Assembly: GCA_964610305.1 (NCBI GenBank)
Contig: CAZSVL010000006.1
Coordinates: forward strand, 13,973-77,972
Direction: 5' to 3'
Origin: an uncultured Gammaproteobacteria bacterium
GTDB taxonomy: Bacteria; Patescibacteriota; Patescibacteriia; Magasanikbacterales; JBBTXJ01
DNA: 64,000 nt
Part shown: one piece after another, positions 18,389-28,388 of the stretch
Layout: each line of letters begins with the position of its first letter
How positions within the stretch are numbered: the first letter of the stretch is position 1
Made by a program: the position numbers and the translations under genes
Notes under the pieces: model-generated
Database searches by the model: none
Seen by the model: the letters and a program-made list of their open reading frames with translations, nothing else
What the model was told of the DNA's origin: nothing

Positions 18389-19636
18389 ATGCTACAAAAA
18401 ATACGCATCGCACTAACAATCGTTTTCTTCACCATACTCCCCTTTCAGACAAGGTGGATATATTCTGATTCTCCCATTGATCCAGCAGCAGAATGGGGAA
18501 GACTATCACTTTATGGCAGCGAGTTAGTTTTAGGGGCTCTTTTGGTTCTGGCCCTCGCTGAGGCGTGGAAAAAAAGAGGAAAGATAAAAAAAGCTGCTAA
18601 GAGAAAAAAGAGTTGGTGGTATTGGGTGGCTCTTGTATTTATTTTGTATTTGTTTAGGTATGCGTTGTTTCACGGTTTTATATCTCTGCAAGCTATCACA
18701 TGGATTTTGTTGGCTACTGCCACTGTTATATTCGTATTTTCTGGATGGATGCCCAAACGAGCGGTTCTCCACGGCGTTTACATTGGACTGCTGCTTGCAG
18801 CTTTGATGGGAATTTTTCAGGTGATAGATCAAAGTGTGATAGCAAATAAGTGGTTGGGACTAGCGCAGCACCTCCCCCAAGAAGGCGGCGCGGCAGTGGT
18901 GGAATATGGCAATACACGTTTTTTGCGAGCATACGGCCCCTTGCCTCATCCAAATATTTTTGGAGGATATATGGCTATCGCCCTAATTTTGAGCCTCTAT
19001 GCTTGTTTACAAACAGAATTCTGTAAGAAAAAATTAGCTGCCCTCGTCATTGCAAGTAGTGTGGCGCTTACCTTAAGTTTTTCCCGAGGCGCTTGGCTGG
19101 CGGCAGCGATCGGCATAGGCATACTCATAATAAAACACAAAAAAAATATTGTCAGGCCGTTGCTGCTGGCCGCACTACCAATACTTATTACTGTTTCCAT
19201 GACCTGGCCTGTTGTTCAGACAAGAATAAGTGGCCAGCAAAGACTAGAGGAAAGATCTTTGCAGGAGCGAGGTGCTTCACTAAAGGACGGATGGCTATTG
19301 CTGCAGGATCATCCCATAACCGGAGTGGGTATTGGTATGAGCGCGCTCATCTTAGGAGAAGGTTACATTGATCAATGGTGGCAGATAGCGCCGCCTCATA
19401 ATATTCTCTTGGTAATAGCGCTAGAGATTGGAGTGGTTGGCCTTATTCTTGTTGGGCTGCTGGTGGTACCGTTGCTAAAAAAGTTTGAGTTTAACTTAGT
19501 TGCGTTTCCACTTTTAGTAGCTGGCATGTTTGATCACTACCTGTGGACCCTTTATCCGGGGGTCATGCTCGTAGCGCTAAGTGCAGCCATAATTATTGCG
19601 TTATCCCCACAGCGTCCACATGCTTTGCACAATTAG
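18389..19636 (+). CDS. O-antigen ligase (Wzy_C) family protein
   Basis: RAYGPLPHPNIFGGY, LSFSRGAWL, HPITGVGIG, PHNILL, MFDHYLW. Confidence 0.9.
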   Translation: MLQKIRIALTIVFFTILPFQTRWIYSDSPIDPAAEWGRLSLYGSELVLGALLVLALAEAWKKRGKIKKAAKRKKSWWYWVALVFILYLFRYALFHGFISLQAITWILLATATVIFVFSGWMPKRAVLHGVYIGLLLAALMGIFQVIDQSVIANKWLGLAQHLPQEGGAAVVEYGNTRFLRAYGPLPHPNIFGGYMAIALILSLYACLQTEFCKKKLAALVIASSVALTLSFSRGAWLAAAIGIGILIIKHKKNIVRPLLLAALPILITVSMTWPVVQTRISGQQRLEERSLQERGASLKDGWLLLQDHPITGVGIGMSALILGEGYIDQWWQIAPPHNILLVIALEIGVVGLILVGLLVVPLLKKFEFNLVAFPLLVAGMFDHYLWTLYPGVMLVALSAAIIIALSPQRPHALHN

Positions 19637-19669
19637 TGTATTGACAGGCAAAAAATGTCATGGGATGGT

Positions 19670-20308
19670 GGATAGAGAGAAAAAAGGCCTTTTACAATTT
19701 GCTTTCGGCTCGCCATATCCTCTTCTACAAGTAAGAAAATAAACGTGCCTAACCGCACATTAGACTAGCGAAGGCAGGATACTGCCGGGCCGCAAGAAGG
19801 TTGTAAACCGTTCAACACTTAAATTACCTAATTGCTTATTAGCAAATATGAACGTGTTTGTGCCTTCGGACAAAGAGAGTAATGCTCACACAATGCCGCC
19901 TGCGTTTTCCCCTTATCAGAAATCAAAGGTCACACTGGCATAGTGTACTGGTTGCCACGGAGACGCATGGGATTCCGTTGCAAAAGCATGATTGGACGGT
20001 AGGTTGTTGGGAAACCGCAGCTCCGCCACTTGTGTGTTAATCGAGCTTACTGGTTTCTGAGCAGATCTCTCTGAAAAAATAAAAAAAATAACGTGATGAG
20101 CTATGTTTGTGCATAATACTTCCGGCGCATCACCACTACGCATGGGACGTTGGGTAGCTCGCCATGGCTACAGAAGTCACCGCAGACAAAGGACAGACAG
20201 AAGGGTAAGATTGACACTGATGAGCAGAGAGCTAAGACACATGGAACGCGATCCAACGTTAGTATAATGATAAGGGACAAAACGCGGCGCAAGCCGGTTT
20301 TTTGTTTT
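19670..20308 (+). ncRNA. Candidate large ornate ncRNA (~600 nt, GOLLD/ROOL size class)
   Basis: No credible ORF. TTGACA at 19641 and terminator at 20276-20308. Many nested helices, UUCG and GAAA loops, and a pseudoknot. Confidence 0.7.
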
Positions 20309-20373
20309 AAGGAGCTCAGCCTTGACAAAAACCGCAATTTGTGGTATAAAAGTAAGGCAATAAAGGAGGATTC

Positions 20374-20664
20374 ATGCGCAAAAGAGGTTTTACGCTCATT
20401 GAGCTGATGATTACAGTGGCTTTCATTGGAACTGTCTTTACACTTCTTGCACTTCCAATGGCCAACGTTTGGGTAACTGAATCAAGTGCCCTGCGCTGTG
20501 CAAGGCGAGCGGCTGAAGAAGTAGAAGTGGTCACCGAGATCCAGAGAAACATTTTCAGTAATACACGTGTCAGCGCAAAAACAAAAGACGGCAAGAGGGT
20601 GCTTGTAGAAATGGATGCAAACGTGCTGTTTAATGCATCGTGTCATTTTGTCGCCAAAGAGTGA
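20374..20664 (+). CDS. Prepilin-type N-terminal cleavage/methylation domain protein
   Basis: KRG/FTLIELMI class III signal; own promoter TTGACA(20322)-17-TATAAA and AAGGAGG RBS. Confidence 0.85.
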   Translation: MRKRGFTLIELMITVAFIGTVFTLLALPMANVWVTESSALRCARRAAEEVEVVTEIQRNIFSNTRVSAKTKDGKRVLVEMDANVLFNASCHFVAKE

Positions 20665-20667
20665 GTG

Positions 20668-22095
20668 CTATTCCGATTCCGTTTTGGGATCGGTTTTTTT
20701 ATAGTGTTCGATAGCAACAGAGGAAAGGGAATCAAAATATTCAGTTTTTGAATGTTGATAGTCCTTTGCTTCTAGCCATTGCTTAACGCCTTGCACGTAC
20801 GGATCGCTTTGAACTACTAAAAGCTCCGTAGATGTAGGCGCTTTTTTTTCAAGTTGCTCTTGTATATAGGGTTCATCTAAATTCCACTTCCAGCTAGTTT
20901 GGGTTATGGTTTTTATGGTTGTGGTTGATGTGTTTGGTGCAGGGATGGTCGTAAACTCTCCCTTATTGTAATGACCAAAAGGTATGGCATTCACTGACCA
21001 GGGAATAAGAACTGAAGTGTTTTGTTCTGCAACATAATCAGCAGCTAAATCCCAGCTAAATCTAAAATCTGATACTAGATTATAACTGGATCCCATCATG
21101 AGCATTAACAAGATCCCCCCATACAAACCGCGCCATTTTTTCTCTGTCTTTTCCACGGCATGCGCAAGAAGCAAGAAAAGAAGAGGTATTACAAAAATAA
21201 AATACTTTAGTTTTGGAGGTCCAGCAAGCCAAGCGATAATAACAGAGCACAGCATCATGGCAAAAAGCATGCTTTCTTTTCTTTTTTTAGCGGCTATAGC
21301 AGGAAGGCTTGTTGATAAAATTAACAAGATAACCAGAGCAGTAGTTATCCAAAAAATCCAAGAGTCGTGACTGCTGATAAGAGGATTGGAAAATATAGCC
21401 AAGGGCCATCCTTTTGGTGGAGAAATTGCTAAATACCAACTATTGGTAAACAGATCTGGTAGTTTTGGGACAAGTGCAAATGCTGCCCATGCGGTATAAA
21501 TTAGTGTCAGAATACCGTGCTTAATGTGCCATGGTTTGCGCTTTTTTCTTTCCTCTGGAATGCCCCAGACATAAGTAAAAGCTAAAGGAAAGATGGCGTA
21601 GGTATGAGAGGCTAGAAGTAAAAAGGAAGAGATAAAATAAGATCTTTTGTTCTTTTTTGTAAAGAAATACCAGGTGAGGAGCGTGAGAAAAAGGTACAGA
21701 GCGTACTGCCGGGCTTCGGTAGAGAAATAAATGCCAAATCTTGAAACGGCTAGAAGGGTCGCAGCCAAAAGTCCAGCTCGCGGTCCCAGCCATTGTTTTG
21801 CCAGTAGGCCAAGCAGATAAATACTAGAAATACCCAATATTAGGGCAGGAATTCTGGTTGCTATCTCTGTGTCACCAAAAATTCTAATCCACGGCCACAT
21901 GAGCAATGTGTGGAGTGGAGGAAACGTATCTGCGCCAGCAATGGACAAAGCTTGTAAAAAAGGCAATTGAGCTACTTTGAGAGAAAAAACTTCATCAAAC
22001 CAAAAAGATCCGCGAGAGCGGAGCAAAAAAACGCGTGGTATTATCCCGGCCGCGGTGATTAAGCAAAGGTATAATCTAAATTTTTTTTGAGTCAT
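20668..22095 (-). CDS. Glycosyltransferase family 39 (ArnT/PMT-like, GT-C)
   Basis: SFWFDEVFS, DTFPPLH, FSTEARQYAL, multi-TM. Start placed at MTQKK because the upstream extension is REP sequence. Confidence 0.85.
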   Translation of the reverse strand: MTQKKFRLYLCLITAAGIIPRVFLLRSRGSFWFDEVFSLKVAQLPFLQALSIAGADTFPPLHTLLMWPWIRIFGDTEIATRIPALILGISSIYLLGLLAKQWLGPRAGLLAATLLAVSRFGIYFSTEARQYALYLFLTLLTWYFFTKKNKRSYFISSFLLLASHTYAIFPLAFTYVWGIPEERKKRKPWHIKHGILTLIYTAWAAFALVPKLPDLFTNSWYLAISPPKGWPLAIFSNPLISSHDSWIFWITTALVILLILSTSLPAIAAKKRKESMLFAMMLCSVIIAWLAGPPKLKYFIFVIPLLFLLLAHAVEKTEKKWRGLYGGILLMLMMGSSYNLVSDFRFSWDLAADYVAEQNTSVLIPWSVNAIPFGHYNKGEFTTIPAPNTSTTTIKTITQTSWKWNLDEPYIQEQLEKKAPTSTELLVVQSDPYVQGVKQWLEAKDYQHSKTEYFDSLSSVAIEHYKKTDPKTESE

Positions 22096-22104
22096 GGTTG
22101 CGCT

Positions 22105-22228
22105 GTCATCCCGGGCTTGCCTGTCCGGCGTAGCTTTAGCGTAGACGGAACCCGGGATCTCAAGTAAAGAATATGTGGCGGCGCGCTCTTGGGATCCCGG
22201 ATATTTGCTACGCAAATTCCGGGATGAC
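22105..22228. repeat. REP doublet (REPIN/BIME-like) with a nested hairpin insertion
   Basis: Inverted homolog of 31926-32053; one arm is identical. Confidence 0.85.
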
Positions 22229-22235
22229 AGGAGTG

Positions 22236-23276
22236 TCACCGGTCAGCAGCTTGAAGGGCTTCTACTATCGGGCCAAGATCCCCCGCCATAACACCCGGAA
22301 TATTGCTCCAGCTTTTTCCAATGCGGTGATCCGTGATTCTGTCCTGAGGGTAGTTGTAGGTGCGGATTTTCTCTGATCTATCCCCTGTCCCAATTTGGGC
22401 GGAACGCTCATCAGAGAGCTCTTTTGCTTCTTTTAATTCTTTTTCTTCTTGAATTCTGGCGCGCAGAAGTTCCATGGCTTTAAGTTTGTTTTGTAGCTGA
22501 GATCTTTCTTGTTGGCATGCTACGGCTATACCCGTTGGAATGTGCGTGATCCTAATTGCGGTTTCAACTTTGTTAACGTTCTGTCCTCCGGCGCCGCCCG
22601 AGTGAAATTTATCTATACGCAGGTCTTTATCTTCTATGACTAGCTCTGTGGCTTCAACTTCTGGCATAACGGCAACCGTGGCGGTGCTGGTATGAATCCT
22701 CCCTTGTTTTTCCGTGCCGGGAACACGCTGAACTCTGTGAACTCCTTGTTCAAATTTTAGTTCGCCGTATACCCCCTTACCCTCTACTTGGGCAATTACT
22801 TCTTTGTATCCGCCAAGTCCTGTTTCGTTTACCGATACTTTTTTAAAGCTCCATCCTTTTTCTTCTGCATAACGCTGATACATCTCATACAAATCTGCCG
22901 CAAAAAGACTTGCCTCGTCTCCACCAGCACCTGCACGTATTTCCAGCATTACATTTTTTTTGTCTCGCGGATCGCGCGGGCGCAGCAAATCAAGCAGCGC
23001 AGCCTCTAGTTTTATTTTTTTTGCGTTGAGCTCCTGCAGCTCAAAATCTGCCAAGTCTTTCATGCTCTGATCCTTCTCTGTCCCCGCCAAAAGCTCTGTC
23101 TCTTTTATTTGAGCATCAATACTCTCCAGCTGCACAATAATATCTACTTTTTCTTTTACATCAGAGTGTTCCATCCCCACCTCTTTTATTTTTTGAGGAT
23201 CAGAAAGAACCGCAGGGTCTTGAAGCTGCGTTTCTAGTTCCTTTAGTCGTTTTTTTAGTTGTTGTCGTTCGGACAT
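22236..23276 (-). CDS. prfA: Peptide chain release factor 1
   Basis: [24 protein letters not shown] (PxT), [14 protein letters not shown]. Confidence 0.97.
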   Translation of the reverse strand: MSERQQLKKRLKELETQLQDPAVLSDPQKIKEVGMEHSDVKEKVDIIVQLESIDAQIKETELLAGTEKDQSMKDLADFELQELNAKKIKLEAALLDLLRPRDPRDKKNVMLEIRAGAGGDEASLFAADLYEMYQRYAEEKGWSFKKVSVNETGLGGYKEVIAQVEGKGVYGELKFEQGVHRVQRVPGTEKQGRIHTSTATVAVMPEVEATELVIEDKDLRIDKFHSGGAGGQNVNKVETAIRITHIPTGIAVACQQERSQLQNKLKAMELLRARIQEEKELKEAKELSDERSAQIGTGDRSEKIRTYNYPQDRITDHRIGKSWSNIPGVMAGDLGPIVEALQAADR

Positions 23277-23286
23277 ATTTTTGTCT

Positions 23287-23448
23287 GCTGTACGCTGTAT
23301 GCTTTATGCTGTACGCCCCGTTAGCGTGATCCTGAACCTGATTCAGGATCCATTAGGAGTATAAGACGTACTCTATTTTTTTCTGGATTCTGAAATAAAT
23401 TCAGAATGACAAGTGGAACCCTACAGCATAAAGCATACAGCCTACAGC
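23287..23448. repeat. Composite heptamer/GTCAT palindrome repeat
   Basis: GCTGTAN runs, palindromes and the TAAGACGTACTC core at 23362-73. Confidence 0.8.
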
Positions 23449-23521
23449 ACGCTGCAGTAGTGCCAGCGATTGTTTTACCGCAAACAATAAAACAGACTGC
23501 CGTCTGCTTATTGTATCATAG

Positions 23522-23818
23522 CTATTTTTCTTCTGCTTTTGGTCCTTCTTCTGCCTTTTTGGCAGCGCGGGCTGCGCGTTTTGCAGCTTTGCCTTTTCTG
23601 CCTTTGGCAACATCGCCCTTTGCGGCCATCTTAGCTTGAAATTTCTCTACACGACGTGCAGAGTCTACAAATTTTTGTTTTCCGGTATAAAAAGGATGGC
23701 ACTTGTTACAAAGCTCTGTTTCAATGGCTTCAGCTGTAGAGCCGGTGGTAAATTCATTACCGCACGCGCATTTTACAGCAACCTGCGTGTTATATTTTGG
23801 GTGAATTGCAGTTTTCAT
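23522..23818 (-). CDS. rpmE: 50S ribosomal protein L31 (Zn-binding type, basic C-terminal extension)
   Basis: [27 protein letters not shown]. Confidence 0.95.
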   Translation of the reverse strand: MKTAIHPKYNTQVAVKCACGNEFTTGSTAEAIETELCNKCHPFYTGKQKFVDSARRVEKFQAKMAAKGDVAKGRKGKAAKRAARAAKKAEEGPKAEEK

Positions 23819-23910
23819 AAGTGGCCACATTGTATCAGACCGTTGTAATAGTGTCAAGGTGGATAAGGGAAAGAAAAAAACCGTCCAGCGGGACGGAATT
23901 TGATGTGGTT

Positions 23911-24678
23911 TTAGTGCAGCTCCAATTCACACGTGACCGTTGCAAATTTATCGGTGTATTTGGTAAGTGTGGATGTTTTGAGATTGGGCGAAAGCGTTAC
24001 GGTGCAGGTCCCTCCCAGCATTGAAATGTAGCCCCGCTGACCCTCGTCCAGACGTGTAAGGTCTAGCTGGGCAACAGATGCAAGTCCTGCAACTAAGGCG
24101 ATTCGTTCCAATTCTGCAAAGCGTGGAAGATCTACACTTACCACTTTTTCACCATAGATGTCTGTTCTCTCTGCTCTCAGAATAATTTTTTTGAATCCCG
24201 CTTTCTTGCCTTCGGTAACCATGCGCAATACAAGGCTGTGTAGGTTTTCATCTTCCGCTACGGCAATAACGGTTTTTGCGTCAGCATCTACTTTTATTTC
24301 AGATGCAAGGCAGAACTTCTTAAGAGCCTTCATTGATTCAGAGAAACGCTCTTGCGCTGCCTTGGCCTCTTCCTGTTCTTGCTGTATCTTCTGCGCTTTT
24401 TCTTGTTCAGAGCTCATGGCGGTCTTGATAGAGTCAAAGAACTCGCCAAAGAGGTTGTAGACAAATGCGTCAAAGACAATGCTTGTTGGAATTGCTGTCT
24501 GATGGGTTTGACGTAGATAGTCAGCTAAGGTGGCTGCCTTGGTGTGTTTGCACCCGTCAGTAGCAACAGCGCTAATTTGAGTGGCAGCAAGACAATTTGC
24601 ACATAAGAAATCTCCATCACGGAAAATTCCGGCAGGTTGCTCCGTCTTGCAGCAAATACACGGTACCGTTGTGCTCAT
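23911..24678 (-). CDS. Hypothetical protein with N-terminal CxxC...CxxC zinc-finger-like motif
   Basis: CICC...CANC, GGAGG RBS, own promoter (~24704-24732) and terminator (~23875-23897). Confidence 0.75.
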   Translation of the reverse strand: MSTTVPCICCKTEQPAGIFRDGDFLCANCLAATQISAVATDGCKHTKAATLADYLRQTHQTAIPTSIVFDAFVYNLFGEFFDSIKTAMSSEQEKAQKIQQEQEEAKAAQERFSESMKALKKFCLASEIKVDADAKTVIAVAEDENLHSLVLRMVTEGKKAGFKKIILRAERTDIYGEKVVSVDLPRFAELERIALVAGLASVAQLDLTRLDEGQRGYISMLGGTCTVTLSPNLKTSTLTKYTDKFATVTCELELH

Positions 24679-24766
24679 GCATCCTCCATTTGTTGTTACG
24701 GTAAGGATGGCATAATGCGACTATTTTGTCAAGAAAAAACCACACATGGATATGTGTGGTATATAT

Positions 24767-25417
24767 CTAGCCAACGGGCTCAATGGTGCACATGGTGTGG
24801 TGCACTGCTTGCATGAAAGTGTCGTTGGAGTATGCGGCTCTCGTTGGTCTGAAAGACACGTCAACGGGGTGCTGCTTGGCAAAACCTTTTGTTAAGCGGA
24901 GAGAGCTTTCGTTGTCCCATTTTTCAGCGTGTGGTGATTTTTCCAATTTAAGTCTGCAGAGCAGCGCAACCCGCGCATAGACGTTAATAGGAATAGAAGT
25001 TGCTCTTAATCGTGTGTCGGAGCGCTTTTTGGATGGAGATGAGACATTCGCTGTTGGTAGAAGTATTACGTATCTACCTCTTTCAAGCAGTGTGCTCAAA
25101 AGCCGCGATATCTCTTCACTTTTTGCCAGATCCAAAACCACTGCTTTTTTATGACCATCTGGACCGCTCATTTTCTGCTCGCAATATTCATTTGCTACAT
25201 TTACCGCCCGCAGAAAGGCATCTTCTTTTTTCTACGCCTCTGCCATGGAGTCCGTGGGTAGAAAATGGTCACTTGAGTTTGGCGTAGTATCCTTGCCAAG
25301 GATTTCGTTACACTGGGCAACGCAATGATCGCAAATGGTCGTGTGAAGGCCTACAATGAGCTTTCCAACTTCTACTCGTGGTCTTCCACAAAATGAACAC
25401 CGCCTTAGATCTGTCAC
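24767..25417 (-). pseudogene. ClpX-type C4 zinc-finger fusion protein interrupted by one in-frame TAG
   Basis: CSFCGR...LIVG...ICDHCVAQCNEIL. TAG at 25232-34 is followed in frame by KKEDAFLRAVNVANEYCEQK and then the 134-aa ORF. Confidence 0.65.
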
Positions 25418-25582
25418 GGGCCCTCCTTTGAATGAGCTCTCTGCAGTTTTACACGCGCGTCGGTTTTAGTCAAGCGCTCTACTTGACTAATTTCAGCCTT
25501 TTTTGTATACTGTTGCCATCTTATCAGCCGTGAATTTTATTCTGGCCGCAAGGCTCTCATGGCGATGTTAAAAGAATTACCT

Positions 25583-26353
25583 ATGAATATCCCAACATTA
25601 GAGGATATGCTCAAGGCCGGTGTGCATTTTGGTCACAGAACCTCACGCTGGCATCCTAACATGGAGCCGTTTATTTTTGGTGAGCGAGGCGGCGTTCATA
25701 TTATCAACTTAGAGCTCACGCAGAAAAAATTAGAAGACACACTGGCCACCGCAAAAGCTTTTGCAGCCGCAGGCAAAACCATTTTGTTTGTGGGAACAAA
25801 AAAGCAAGGTCAGGAAATCGTCAAAAAGCACGCTAAAGAGGCCGGCATGCCCTATATGGTAGAGCGCTGGATTGGCGGGCTTCTTACCAATTTTGCAGAA
25901 ATAAGCAAAGTTATTAAAAAATTCAATCAGCTCCGCGAGGGTCAAGAAAAAGGTGAATGGGAAAAATTCACCAAGCGTGAGCAACTAGATCTTAAAAGAG
26001 AATTAGAAAAACTTACGCCTGTTGTAGAGGGTATTGCGGATCTTACCAGAAAGCCAGATGTGCTTTTTGTAACAGATCTGCGTAGAGAAAAGACGGCACT
26101 TACAGAAGCTATCAGAACCAAAATAGAAGTAATTGGTATTGCTGACACCAATGCAAATCCGGCAAGAGCCAATTATATTATCCCAGCGAATGATGACGCG
26201 GTAAAATCAATAGAAATGATGGTGTCCGCTGTAGCGCAGGCTATCAAAGAAGGAAGAAAAGAATGGGACAAGAAGCAGGCAGCACTTCCAACAAAACCAG
26301 TTGAAAAGAAAATTGTTAAAAAAGAAGCACTTGTTGTAGCTTCATCTGAATAA
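25583..26353 (+). CDS. rpsB: 30S ribosomal protein S2
   Basis: MLKAGVHFGH, ILFVGTKKQ, RWIGGLLTNF, IPANDDA. Confidence 0.97.
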   Translation: MNIPTLEDMLKAGVHFGHRTSRWHPNMEPFIFGERGGVHIINLELTQKKLEDTLATAKAFAAAGKTILFVGTKKQGQEIVKKHAKEAGMPYMVERWIGGLLTNFAEISKVIKKFNQLREGQEKGEWEKFTKREQLDLKRELEKLTPVVEGIADLTRKPDVLFVTDLRREKTALTEAIRTKIEVIGIADTNANPARANYIIPANDDAVKSIEMMVSAVAQAIKEGRKEWDKKQAALPTKPVEKKIVKKEALVVASSE

Positions 26354-26444
26354 ATATACTATTTAAGTAAAAAGTAACAAGCAGTAAGTAGCAAGTCGCT
26401 TCAAGGCCTTTGCATATTTGTTACTTGTTACTTGTTAATTGCAT

Positions 26445-27059
26445 ATGGGCGTTGATATAAAAACCATTCAAGAGCTGCGCTTGAAAACTGGCGCAGGTAT
26501 TGCAGACTGTAAAGCGGCGCTAGAGGCTTCTGGAGATGATCTTGCGGCGGCTGAAAAGTGGCTCCGAGAGAAGGGTGCTATTAAAGCTGCAAAAAGAGCA
26601 GATAAAGAGACTAATGAAGGTCTTATTGAGGCATATATACACGCTGGCGGAAAAGTTGGTGTGATACTTATGCTTACGTGCGAGACAGATTTTGTGGCGC
26701 GCAACGAGAATTTTAAGGCGCTCGTAAAAGACATTGCCATGCATATTGCCGCTTCTGATCCGCTTTATTTGCGTGCAGAGGATGTCCCTGCAGAAGACAT
26801 AGAAAAAGAAAAAGAAGTATTGCGTGGCCAGCTAGAGCAAGAAGGAAAGCCATCAGATATGATAGAGAAGATTTTAGAAGGCAAGATGGCAAAATGGCAT
26901 GAAGAAGTTTCCCTCTTGAATCAAAAATACGTAAAAAATGAGGATCTCACGATACAAGAGGTGCTCAATGAAGCCGTAGCCTCTATGGGAGAGCGAATAG
27001 AGATAAAACGCTTCACCCGCTTTGCACTGCAAGGCAACAACACAGCTTGCGGGCTGTAG
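26445..27059 (+). CDS. tsf: Elongation factor Ts (short form)
   Basis: ELRLKTGAGIADCKAAL, CETDFVA. Confidence 0.97.
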   Translation: MGVDIKTIQELRLKTGAGIADCKAALEASGDDLAAAEKWLREKGAIKAAKRADKETNEGLIEAYIHAGGKVGVILMLTCETDFVARNENFKALVKDIAMHIAASDPLYLRAEDVPAEDIEKEKEVLRGQLEQEGKPSDMIEKILEGKMAKWHEEVSLLNQKYVKNEDLTIQEVLNEAVASMGERIEIKRFTRFALQGNNTACGL

Positions 27060-27092
27060 TAAAAAAGCGCCCAAGCGGCGCTTTTTTGAATT

Positions 27093-27327
27093 AAAAAAAA
27101 GCGTCAGACGGCTGACGCGCAGTGGGTGTTAAAAAGCGGTTCCCCTGACTGGACTGCTTGCGGCCACTTGGTAAACCGCTTGCATCCTAATCCCCGGCTG
27201 GTGTGCGGCGCAGCCTAGACTAGGTGAACTCTCAAGGAGACCTCCAATCATACTCCTCTTGCACAAGAAGCAGTGTCGTACCGGTTTTTCCGCCACCGGA
27301 TCCACGCAAGTGCCACTTTTTACCCAC
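27093..27327 (-). ncRNA. Candidate ~210-nt multibranched ncRNA with its own promoter and terminator
   Basis: Minus-strand TTGACA(27361)-17-TATAGT. The 5' end pairs with the 3' end. Terminator at 27093-27118. Confidence 0.55.
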
Positions 27328-27382
27328 ACAACACTATAGCACAAAACGCGGAATTTGTCAAGGGGTGTGCTATAATAAGCGC

Positions 27383-28387
27383 ATGCCAAAAGTGAGGATG
27401 GCAATAAATGGGTTTGGGCGCATTGGGCGTCAGGCTTTTAAGATTGCGCTAGAAAATAAAAAAATAGAGGTGGTTGCAATCAATGATTTAACAGACAATG
27501 AAACACTTGCCCATCTTTTGAAATATGACAGCGTGTACGGGCGGTATGATAAGAAAGTTGCTTTTGATAGAGATCATTTAATTGTTGGAAGTAAAAAGAT
27601 ACCGGTATATGAGCAGCCGCTTCCAAGAAAGTTGCCGTGGAGGCGGCACAAGGTAGATGTGGTGATTGAGTCTACCGGAAGATTTGTAAAAGATGGGGCG
27701 GCTAGAGATCACGTAAGAGCCGGAGCTGCGGCTGTAGTATTGTCGGCACCGGCAAAAGGTCGTGGAAAAATTCCAACCTACCTACGCAGCGTCAATGACA
27801 AAGAGTATGAAGGAGAAAAGCTTATAAGCAACGCTAGCTGCACCACTAATTGCATTGCCCCAGTTATGGCGGTGATGGAAAGCGCTTTTGGAATAGAGAA
27901 ATCCATGATGACCACGGTGCATGGTTACACCGCGGATCAAAAACTTCAAGATGGGCCTCATAGAGATTTAAGAAGATCCAGAGCAGCGGCGCTAAATATA
28001 ATACCTACTACAACCGGAGCGGCAATTGCTACTACAGAAGTTATGCCGCAGCTTGAAGGTAAGTTTGATGGCATTGCTATGAGGGTTCCGGTAGCGGTTG
28101 GGTCGCTGTCAGATTTTTGTATAGTCACCAAGAAAAATGTCACGGAGACTCAAGTAAAAAATGCTTTTAAAAAGGCCGCAAAAAATCCTCTGTACAAGGG
28201 CGTGCTTGAGGTAACAGAAGACGCCATTGTCTCTACCGATATTATCGGCAATCCAGCCAGCTCAATAGTAGATTTAGGTTTCATCCGCGTAGTGGGCGGA
28301 AATTTGGTTAAAATTTTGGCGTGGTATGATAACGAATATGGTTATGCAAACCGCTTAGTAGAAATGGCGGCTCAAGTGGGAAAGTAA
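27383..28387 (+). CDS. gap: Type I glyceraldehyde-3-phosphate dehydrogenase
   Basis: AINGFGRIGR, SNASCTTNC, WYDNEYGY; TATAAT 6 nt before ATG. Confidence 0.97.
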   Translation: MPKVRMAINGFGRIGRQAFKIALENKKIEVVAINDLTDNETLAHLLKYDSVYGRYDKKVAFDRDHLIVGSKKIPVYEQPLPRKLPWRRHKVDVVIESTGRFVKDGAARDHVRAGAAAVVLSAPAKGRGKIPTYLRSVNDKEYEGEKLISNASCTTNCIAPVMAVMESAFGIEKSMMTTVHGYTADQKLQDGPHRDLRRSRAAALNIIPTTTGAAIATTEVMPQLEGKFDGIAMRVPVAVGSLSDFCIVTKKNVTETQVKNAFKKAAKNPLYKGVLEVTEDAIVSTDIIGNPASSIVDLGFIRVVGGNLVKILAWYDNEYGYANRLVEMAAQVGK

Positions 28388-28388
28388 T

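Noticed and set aside
20285-20308. RNase P RNA 3'-like ACAAAAAACCGGCTT on the minus strand
   Set aside because: No matching GAGGAAAGTCC segment; it is the terminator of the + strand unit.
22096-22239. N-terminal extension of the GT39 ORF (523-aa call)
   Set aside because: The extension is translated REP sequence; MTQKK at 22095 is the plausible start.
25232-25234. Genome-wide stop-codon reassignment
   Set aside because: TAG, TGA and TAA all terminate conserved genes at expected positions, and both release factors are present.
27224-27382. Upstream extensions of gap, and likewise prfB (34692), rpsB (25559) and groEL (30160)
   Set aside because: Family homology begins at the later ATG; the extensions cross promoters or repeats.
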